Assembly (NCBI RefSeq): GCF_964188315.1 | Contig: NC_135663.1 | Coordinates: 47,926,001 to 47,990,000, forward strand | Source of the DNA: Podarcis muralis | Lineage: Eukaryota | Length of the DNA: 64,000 nucleotides | Direction of reading: 5' to 3' | Part shown: piece after piece, positions 40,601-51,600 of the stretch | Layout of the letters: each line of letters starts with the position of its first letter | Numbering within the stretch: position 1 is the stretch's first letter | Notes under the pieces: generated by a model | What the model was told of the DNA's origin: nothing | What the model saw: only the letters and a program-made list of their open reading frames with translations | Database searches by the model: none | Translations under genes and position numbers: made by a program

Positions 40601-42655
40601 TAACAGGATTATAGTTACACTGGAGGCAATTATTGCAACAAATTAGCACAGCTATGAGGAAATCTGTAAAGAATGAGGAAGAAACATCCTGGGCGGACCT
40701 GTTCCATCTTGTGGTGAGCTTTGTTAAAATAACTTGTCACACTTGTTCAACTCATTTGTATATAATACACAATTCTAAATTTCAAGTTACACAACACCTA
40801 CTGGAAACAACCTGGTGCACACATAATCCTAGAGAACATATTTAAAATTAGATTATAATGGGAAATAATCTATAATGAATTAATTGTTCAACTATGAGTT
40901 TATTCCTGAAGTTTCTTCCTATTAAATTAATCCTCATAACCATATTGTGATAGGTCTTCCAATAATACTGGAAGCGGTTGGAGGATGGATGGCGGCTAAC
41001 AGATTGAAGTTGAATCCTGACAAGACAGAAGTACTGTTTTTGGGGGACAGGAGGCGGGCAGGTGTGGAGGATTCCCTGGTCCTGAATGGGGTAACTGTGC
41101 CCCTGAAGGACCAGGTGCGCAGCCTGGGAGTAATTTTGGACTCACAGCTGTCCATGGAGGCACAGGTCAAATCTGTATCCAGGGCAGCTGTTTACCAGCT
41201 CCATCTGGTATGTAGGCTGAGACCCTATCTGCCTGCAGACTGTCTCGCCAGAGTGGTGCATGCTCTGGTTATCTCCCGCTTGGACTACTGCAATGCGCTC
41301 TATGTGGGGCTACCTTTGAAGGTGACCCGGAAACTACAACTAATCCAGAATGCGGCAGCTAGACTGGTGACTGGGAGCGGCCGCCGAGACCATATAACAC
41401 CGGTCTTGAAAGACCTACATTGGCTCCCAGTACGTTTCCGAGCACAATTCAAAGTGTTGGTGCTGACCTTTAAAGCCCTAAACGGCCTCGGTCCAGTATA
41501 TCTGAAGGAGCGTCTCCTCCCCCATCGTTCTGCCCGGACACTGAGGTCCAGTTCCGAGGGCCTTCTGGCGGTTCCCTCACTGCGAGAGGCCAAGTTACAG
41601 GGAACCAGGCAGAGGGCCTTCTCGGTAGTGGCACCCGCCCTGTGGAACGCCCTCCCATCAGATGTCAAAGCGATAAACAACTACCTGACATTCAGAAGAC
41701 ATCTGAAGGCAGCCCTGTTCAGGGAAGTTTTTAATATGTGACATTTTAATGTATTTTCCATCTTTGTTGGAAGCTGCCCAGAGTGGCTGGGGAAACCCAG
41801 CCAGATAGGCGGGGTACAAATACAGTGGTACCCCGCAAGACGAACGCCTCGCAAGACAGAAAACCCGCTAGATGAAAGGGTTTTCCGTTTTGGAGGCACT
41901 TCGCAAAACGAATTTCCCTATGGGCTTGCTTCGCAAGACGAAAGCCCATAGGGAAATCTCCGGGACAGCGGGGAAGCACAGCGTGTCTTCCCCACTGTCC
42001 TCGGACCTCCTCCCGCCGCCCGGCATCGGAACCAAGCTCCGATGCCGGGCGGCGGGGCCGCGAAGCCTGGGCGCGCTGATCTCAGCGCGCGCAGGCTTCG
42101 GCATGCTGGCAACTCTCGGCAAGCAGCGGGAGCGCTCCCGCTGCTTGCGGAGAGGTCCGCAAAGCCTGTCCAGGACAGCTTTTGAAGGGGGGGGGGAAGC
42201 AAAGACTTTCGCCCCCCGCCCGCCTTCAGAAGAGGTCCAGGACCTCTTCTGAAGGCGGGCGGGGGGCGAAAATCTTTGTCCCCCCTGCCTGCCTTCCCAG
42301 GGGCTTTTAAATCGCCCCGGACAGCGGAGAAGTCCTCCGCTGTCCCGGGCGATTTTAAAATGCCGCCCGCCAGCATTTTAAGATTGCCCCGGACAGCGGA
42401 GAAGTCCTCCGCTGTCCCGGGGTTTTTTAAAATGCTGGGGGTGGGAAGAAAAGCCCTTGTCCCCCCCAAGCCTTCAGAAGAGGTCGGGGGACAGACTGTC
42501 CCCGGACCTGGTCTGAAGGCGGTTTCCCTAGGAACGCATTAATTGATTTTCAATGCATTCCTATGGGAAACCGTGCATCGCAAGACGAAAAACTCGCAAG
42601 ACGAAGAGACTTGCGGAACGAATTAATTTCGTCTTGCGAGGCACCACTGTAATAA

Positions 42656-42697
<42 letters not shown>

Positions 42698-45600
42698 CTT
42701 TTCTAGCAAGTCTTTAATTGGCTTAAGGAGAATAATCTTGCTGGGCTGGATACGGCCTGTAGATTGTACATTGTCCAACTGCTCTCTGATGATTGTCAGA
42801 GCTGGAGACCATATGATGTTTCCCCTTGAAAAAGCTTAAAACTTGCTATATAATCTTAATAATACACTTTTCTCCAGGTCCTAGATGACACTGTAAATAA
42901 CAACTATTAGGTGACTTCCATAATTTTTTTAGGGATAATATCTGAAATCAATGCTATCTGGTATATGCTGAAGAAAATGAGATTATTTAGTGGAGGGAAC
43001 AGCATTGTTCAGAGCTCTGCTTTTGCAAACATCTGTATCATCAATGATGCAGTTGTATAATATTCTCAAAGATGGATTACCTGGGCAATGTAAGCATACA
43101 TGACTAGTGTCAAACACACTTTCTGTTCAGGTAGTCCATTCTGTATGACAAGTGACATGTTTTATCTCCAGACTAGTAAAGTACTTTGCCCTCTGTTTAA
43201 CTCTGATAAGTATCAAGACAACTGCCAGAGATCAAATATGTAGCATGAGTATTAGAAAACTTGGGAAACTATAACCAATGTCTTTTAGCAGGACAAAAAT
43301 AACATCTGATTTAATAGAAGTTGCAAGACAAAGTATTTCAGTTGTTTTAGTTACCTGCATGTCTGGTGATTAAATCTTTTTCCTTTCAAGAAACACTTGT
43401 TTGGAGATTCTACACATTCACAAATACACTTTGCAGAATTTAGTGGCTGATGTTTAGGACATGTTCTTTTACATACACATTGGCACTTTTCTTCATCAAA
43501 ATCCTTGCTGGGTCCACATGAGCTAGGCAGCAGTTTATTCTTACATGTACACTGGCATGATGTTCTATCCAGTTCTTTGTGAGGTCCACAGCTGGAAGGC
43601 CTCACTCCCCCTTTACAGACACACTGGCAGGTTTCTTCATCAAGCTCCTTATTAGGTCCACAGATATCATGGTATCCTTCAGCAGTGTCTATAAACACAG
43701 CAAACATTAGGAAAATAAATAAATTTTGCTTCAGGCATTGCAAAAAGTGAAACATATCTACTAGTTTCACATTTTTCATACCCATGTCTAAATCACTGAA
43801 TTTGTAATGTGGAGTGAACAACCAGTTATAAAGGATTAGAGAGTTCTTAATTTTAAAAAGTTTACGTGCATATAATTTTTATTTTGCTTGAATATTGCCA
43901 CGTTAAGTGAATACAACTTCTGGAGCATATTTGCTTACCAGTATCCCCAAGGTAAGAAGAAAAACTGAAGTCATGCTGAGCCAGACATCTGCAAATCTGA
44001 TTATTCCAGATATGATTTTTTGGGCAAGTTTTGTTTGCCACATGACACCTAGGGATAAAATATTGCATTATTTAGTACACTGAAAACGCAAGACAATAGT
44101 TTTTGTGCATGGGTCACAGATGCGGACAAATGCAACCTAAGATATATTTGATTGCATTCACATTGGCTAGAGAGAGATTTTTCTTCCTTCCTCATAATAC
44201 CAGAACCCAGGGTCATCTGATTTAGCTGAAGAGTGGGAGATTTAGGGCAGACAAAAGGTATTTTTCGCTCTATTAGACGCACCGGACTGTAAGAAGCACC
44301 TAGTTTTTAGGGGAGGAAAACAAGAAATAAGAAAGCAACGCAAAGCATTCTGAGCTAACAGGGAGCGCTCCTCCATCTTCGCTCAGGAGGCTTTGTGGGG
44401 CCTCCTGGCTTCAGCAAAAAGCAAGCCTACTGGCTTTCCCCCCACTAACCGCAAGAGCCGCACACTCTTAAAGGGAGCGCTGCTCTTGGGGGTTTTTCTG
44501 GGGGTTGGGGGAAGGGACAGAGCCGCGCGCTCTGTCCCTTCCCCCACCTCTCGCAAAAGCCAGGGATAGCCATGCAAAGCCTCTGCAGGGCAGTGGGATG
44601 AAGGCTCTCTGTGCCCTGCGGAGGCTGCGCGCGGTGAAGCCAGGACAGCCAGCAGGATTGATCCCGCTCGCTGTCCTGGCTTCTTGCTGAGCCGTGCACA
44701 GCCTCTCCCAAGCAAAGGGAGCCTTTATCCCCTGCCCAGGAGAGGCTGCGTGCAGCTAAGGCTCCCCCAAGAGCCGCACTCCCTTTAAAGAGTGCGTGGA
44801 GTGTGTGCGCGGCTCTTGGGGGCTTTTCTCCAAGGAGGGAGAAGGGCAGCCCTTCTCCCTCCTTGGGGAAAAGCCCCCAAGAGCTGCACACATGCTTCAC
44901 GTGGCTCTTTAAAGGGAGCGCTGAGCCAGAGCCTCCCACCTGCATTCGCTCCATAAGACGCACACACATTTCCCCTTACTTTTTAGGAGGGGAAAAGTGA
45001 ATCTTATAGAGCGAAAAATACAGTACTTCTCACAGTGTATATTTGAACTCTACAAGAAATAGATATGAACATCAGCTTGAATGGTTTTAAAGGGGTACTG
45101 GACAAATTCAGAAAAGGTAAGAGCTCTCAATGGCTACTAGTATGAATCGGGATTTACAGAATTAGTATTGCCTATTACAGCATACATATGTTGTAAAGTG
45201 AAGTGGCATTGTTCACTACCATTCCATTTCCGCCCAATACATGCCACATCCTAAAAACCCCTGCAAAGTCCTGAAGGCCATAGTGGAATATTGGGAAATG
45301 CCTATTGCATCAATTAATCCAGTAAGTCTGTGGTTTAAACTCAATTTTCATACATTAAAACACTCAGGGTAATGACAGGCTAACATATACAAAATGTCTC
45401 CTCTGGAAAATTCCCCACAAACCATTTTATGACTTTTGTGTGTTTTCCCCCCGTTCTTTGGTATACAACTCAGTATGTTTTGAAATAACAATTAAAAGAA
45501 TTAATCAAGCACCTCAGACTTCAAATTGATTTATAACACTTTGAATTTACATGCAATTCACAATAACTAAAATATGTTGTATTGTTGCTTAAAAGTTGAA

Positions 45601-48600
45601 AAACAAACTCCCCGCCACATTCTATGATCCTTATTCAGTATTCAATACTCTGGCAAATGGTTGTGGAAGACATAATTTAGGTTGAGAATACTTCTTAAAA
45701 TAAAAATATCAAAACAACTAGTTTCACTAGGTATCTGAAGTGTTGCAGTCCTTTCATGACTCAAACTGATAAACCACACTTTTTGATGTTAGGTTCACAC
45801 TCTAATACATGAATCTGCATAAATTTTTGCATAAAGCTAATGATGGCATAACCTTGTCTTCTGAATTTTTTTTAATCAACTAAATAACTTTTTCCTAAAA
45901 TTTTGTATAACTTTATAATACACTTGTTTAAATATTTGTCACCAGTAACCTGCTTTGTATTCTAGAGTTTTTAAAACAGAGTAAGAAATATGCAAATCTA
46001 ATACTTACTGTGTTTGTGTAACTGACAAGGACCTTCTAATGATTGAATGAACTTGTCTGTAGACATCAAGTTTGGACATGCATCGGCAGGATGTATGATT
46101 CGCGAAACTGATTGTTACAGGTTTGGGACCATGAGACAGTGGCACTGTTATTTCAAATAACTACACAAAAATAAAAGGGGGAAAAACAGAAATAAAAGTT
46201 TTTATTAAAAGCAAAAATGAGAGCAATGTGTTAGCATGCTGCTTATAATGTTTTTAAAATGTTTTAATTACTTAAACTGTTTCAGAATGCTTAAATAAAC
46301 CTGTGGATGTGTTTGATGCTCTGGGTTCCTTTGGGAGAAATAACAGTATATAAATACAATAAATAAATCTCTCTCTCTTTTAAATCGGAACCAGTGAAGG
46401 CAGTGAATGTCTGGAGGTGGTTGGAGGATAGATGGCAGCTAACAGATTGAGGTTGAATCATGACAAGACAGAAATACTGTTCTTTGGGGCCAGTTGGTGG
46501 GTGGGCGTGGGGGACTCCCTGGTCCTGAAGGATCAGGTGCGCAGCCTGGGAGTCATAGCTGTTCATGGAGGCCCAGGTCAATTCTGTGTCCAGGGCAGCT
46601 GTCTACCAGCTCCATCTGGTACGCAAATAGCAAACATAACTAAATTATATGACATCATTTCCATGCAGCAGCAAATACATCCAGAGGGTGCCCTGGTTGT
46701 GGCGGGGGACTTTAATCAAGCTTGTTTGAAGACAGTTTTTCCTAAGTTTGAACAGTATGTGAAATCACCCACTAGAGGGAAGAATATCTTGGACCGAGTG
46801 TACTCTAATCTAAAGCAGGTGTGCAGGGCAATCTCCCTCCCCCACTTAGGTTCATCTGACCATTCCTCACTCTTTTTATGTCCGAAGTACATCCCCCTTA
46901 GAAGAATTCAGCCAGCTATAAAAACAGAATCTGTTTTGAAAGTACTGATTGGAGTGTGTTTGAACATCAAGATCTGCACAGATACACATATGCTGTACTT
47001 TCCTATATTAAAGTGTGCACCGACAATGTAATGACAGAAAGGAGCATTAGAGGTTTTGGGAACAGCAAACCCTAGATGACTGCCGAAGTTAGGTCACTCT
47101 TGAAGCCTTTAAGGCAGGGAGCATAGAGACATATAGAGAGGCAAGAATAAAGCCTAGGAAAGGCAGCAAAGCAACAATATAAGCTCAAGGTTGAGAACTG
47201 CTTAGCTGAGAACAATACGTAACAAGTGTGGCGAGGATTGCAGCACCTAACCAACTATAAAGGCAATACGACGAACATAGTCACGGCCAATGATATGTTG
47301 GCAGAGGAGTTGAACATCTACTTCACCCGCTATGAGGCAAAAAGAGCAGATATCTTGGCTCCTGTTTGCCAGCCTACAAATTCACAGCCACTTGTTTTAT
47401 ATGACCATCAAGTGAAAGCTGCATTGCGGGCGGTGAATCCCAGCAAAGCTGCTAGCCCAGATGGGTGCTGGAAATAGTGGTAAAAGATTGTGCCAATCAA
47501 TTAGCAGGGGTCTTGACGAGGATTTTTAACATCTCTCTGCAAACCGCTTATGTTCCATCGTGTTTGAAAGTGGCCACCATTATACGAGTCCCAAAGGCGA
47601 ATGATGCAAATAATGTCACATTATTGGCCATATTTGGACATTCTTCTCACAATTAATACTAACATGTGGGGAAGTGGGACCATGCTGGGAAACTGTGCAC
47701 AAAATGAAAACATACAGAAATGTATGTTTGAAGGCTTTCCCTTTCCTTTGTTTGCTTGGTCACATGGTAGCCAGAGGAAGGGGCTACTCAGTGTGGCCCT
47801 GCTTATTGCATGTGTGTTAGTATTAATAATAAAATTAGGCTTTCGTTTGGTCCCAAAATAATGATATAATGCTGGGAGATCGGGACAGAATGTTGGGATT
47901 CTTATACTTCTACAACAAATGCATTCATATTATATTTTACAATGTAAACAACAGAACAATGTATTCCTTTTAAAGCAGATCCAAATTTCAGTGCATATTT
48001 CAACCACATGCAGACACTGAGAGCTTAAAACAAACCCAGAATGTAGCTGAGATAACAACCTACCGTTTTACTGATGAAGCTTGTGCTGATATTCATACAC
48101 TGCAGCCCTTCACTATTGCAGCAACCTCCACATCTGTAGATGGACACACATGGAGGTTTAAAGAAGGTGTTTGTTGTTGCTCCATACTCTTTCCCCACAT
48201 CTACACATACCTCACGTGGCATGCATTGAGTTTTTCTCCACTCATTATCAATACCTGCCAAGTTACAGGGAAAGCTCATAAGTTATAACACAGGTTTTCT
48301 TAATAGTTCAAAATCAGATTCCCCTGAAAGTAGTTAAAACTTGCTTATTAAATGGACCATGTTTATATAGAAACTGAGTTCTGTAAAAAGCAAACACAAC
48401 AGCAGCAACGACAATATCAGAGTTCTTTAATGCTAGTTTTCTAACAGTAGTCTTATTACCAGGGCTTATCCACACTAACCTCCAGAGCTTTCCCCGTGCA
48501 AACCCGCTCTTTAAAGCTGAATTGTGGAAAACCTGGATTGTCATTTGTTGTGCTTCAGCTTTAAAAGTGGGGAAAACTCCAGGGTGAAAGAAGAGCACTT

Positions 48601-51600
48601 GGATATGGAGCTTTAAAGCATGGACCTGTACATGAAAACAGCAGGACAAAAGGTAAGTGGGGATAAGTCCTTAGGTACACTTGAGCCACTGGTGAAAATG
48701 CTTTGTGGAGCAGGCTAGAATAGTCTCTAGAAAAGGCACTGGGGATCTAAAGAAGGGCAGAGCAAGCAGGGCTTGCAGGTGGATTTAGGGAAAAATAGGA
48801 AGAAGAAACAGGAGCAATAAAGGAGAGAGAGGTATGGCAGCTAGAGACCAATGAAAGAGTATCAGAAGGCAAGTCACATAAATAAAGGGAAGGCCAAAAA
48901 GGAGGATTCTGAGGAGGAAAGAAAATCTGACAGATGGAATGGAAGAACAGAGGTAGATATGCCTTGGAGCATTAGAGGTGAGGAATCACCTACTGGCTTG
49001 AAATAACCAACCAAATACTTGCTCGTGGGTTTCTAGCACTTATAAATGATTATTGAATGGTTCCTTAGCAAGGTTTCAATAGTTGTGAGAAAACCTAGCT
49101 GGAAAAAAATCTACAGAAGAGAAGAAAACTGATGTTGCTTACCTTTAACAGATGTTGTTTGAGTGGTCATATATGTAGTCACAAAAAGGGGATCTGTGTC
49201 TGTGCAGAGCACCATCCTGGAACTTTCTAGAACTCAGGCCTGAGAGCTGATGCTCATGCCCCTAACCCTCAAAAGGGAGATATATCTCTTTTACATATGC
49301 CTGAAGGGGCAGTACGTGCACTTCTATTCAGTTTCTTCATGATTGTTGTGAGAATATCCCACCAAAAGAAAGGAGGCACCTGCAGTGGGAAAGGAGGGTG
49401 GATTGTGACTTCACAGATGATCACTTGAAGAACATCAGTTACAGGTAAGCAACGTGTTTTTCTTCTTCATAGACTCTGTGCAGCTACACATATGGAAGAC
49501 TAGCAGCCAACATACATGGAAGGAAGCGCTGGTGTTATTATTGGGGGGAGGGGGTTGTCCAGAAGAGCTCTCCCAAAGATTGAGTGAGAGGTTATTTTCA
49601 CTTCCAACACATAATGCTTTATTAAAGTGGAAAGGTAGAACAATATAGCCACTTTGCAGAGTTCTGGTAATATTGCTGGCATCCATCTGTCTCAAGAGAC
49701 AATGGAGTGGACTTCTGGGGATGAAGTCAAACTGCTGCAATAGCAGCACTGACGTGACCTACCTGGGGCGCAAGCCTGGGCATTGTGGATGGATATCCTG
49801 GGCTGCCCAGACGACAAGAGCCCTCTCTCGGCCTCGCTGATATAGTCCAAAGGAAAGCAGAACAATATGCTTGGGACCAGCTTGGCTGCAAGAGATGCCA
49901 GAAGGAGGCGTACAAGGTGCCATCCGTCTTAATGTAATGAAATACCCTAGAAAAAAGGTAGCAGCATCTGGGGAAATGAACGCTATTGGGAAGAAACACA
50001 AAAGGCCCTTTTCAGATTCTCATAGCAAGAAAAAAAAAATGCTTATGTTGTTGTAAAAAGCAACTGTTCTGTCCAGATAGAAAACTAAAACCCCTCCAAT
50101 CATCTATGTACAGACAAGACTGGAACAATGAATCCACAAGACTGGAACCATCAAGTCCCTTTGGAGAAGAAAATGTGAAACAATCTAAAGGAGGACAAAC
50201 CACAAACTTTTCTCTGTCGCCATTCAAATAAGTTGAATCAAAATGCAGAGCACATTGTTCACCAAGTGTCCTTGCCAACATGTGTTCACCAAAAAATATT
50301 CTTAAGAAGAACACATCCTGAAGCTGAAATGAATTCAGGGAAGCTCACACCAGCAGGGTAAGAACTGAGGGAAACTCCAGGACTGGACACTGATACTGGG
50401 AATTGTAAACTGTCAAGACCTTTAAAGGAAAATGTAACAAATGAATGAGCAAACACTTAACATTACTTCAATAGGATGGTGTAATGAAGAACCCAGATGT
50501 TGAGAATAGCTAAAACCTGAACAGCCGGTTGAGCATATAATCTGAAGTCTGATTAGTGGAGTTTGCAAAAGTAATAAGAATTGAATCTATTTCATTGTAT
50601 AGGATTGCCTCATTGATGCAGTTTGTCCCGTTGAGTGACACCATATGTAGCACTCTTGGAATTATACAAAAGTGCAGGAAGATATATAGAGAGGTTCTTT
50701 CAGTGGTGGGGATTTTGATCTGCTCTGCTGCAGAATTAATGGTATTTAGAGATGGTGAAAAGGTCCATCAGGGGATAACCCTAGAGACCGAAGCAGATAT
50801 CAAAGGTTCAAGGACTTGAACAAGTTTGTGTCAGCTTGTCTCTTTCCAATATTGATTCCAATATTAATAGGGAATAGGGAATGATGATGTTGAAGCCAAT
50901 ACCACCAGTACTGGAAGTTTTTAGAATTGAAGGAATAAAACAGGATACTGTTGCAGGAAGTGGCACTGATATTGAAGCTGAAGCTGTAGTCTCAGGGTCC
51001 AGAGTTAGGGTTCAAGATGAGATGTTCTGAACAAGAGCAGTCAGCAGGTCGGTAGGAGTTTCAGCAAGGTCAAACTTGGAAGTGGTGCAGGGCTTGCTAC
51101 TTGTGTTGAGGCAAGTGGTTTAGGATGATAGTAGTATAATTGTAATGCTGCTTTTCCTTTGATTCATGAACGGGAAACCTTTTTTTGGATGAAACCAGTT
51201 CTATGGGCTCAATTCTTTCCTTTTCAGTCTTTGTCCTTAAGTCTATTGGTAAGCAGAGACTGATGAACTGACACCTGGGTCAGAAGGTTAGTAGGGACAG
51301 TGGATAAACTGAGATTGGGGACAGATATGTTGTCTCTATGTAGGAAGTCTTGGGTACCATACTTTTTGTGGTCTGCAAAGCTCATTCCACATAGATAAGA
51401 ACAGCAATTCCTATGAGCTTGCTTAGTGCAGTTTTGGCAATGAACAGGAATCAACTGTTTAGCTTCCTAAACTGATCAGATAGCAGTTATTATCCTGCTT
51501 TAAACAGCTTGCTATCAGAGGTGGGAATCTTTCTCCCACAATTTCAGCACTTCTTAAGAGAGATCAGCTGCACCATAGGTGCATGGGGACAAAATGCAAG

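Noticed and set aside
41868-42542. Several 84-183 aa ORFs on both strands
   Set aside because: They arise from the GC-rich palindromic MITE interior, which is poor in stop codons.
43351-44068. Read-through of exon 5 and exon 6 donors to nearby stops (...QTCR*; ...GDTGKQ...CT*) as truncated isoforms
   Set aside because: Stops shortly after donors are common; no nearby sense-strand poly(A) signal seen and no transcript evidence.
46432-47031. 199-aa L2/Rex chimeric ORF as a novel gene
   Set aside because: The L2 part shifts out of frame midway and downstream Rex sequence has stops; a chance fusion of fossils antisense to VEGFC.
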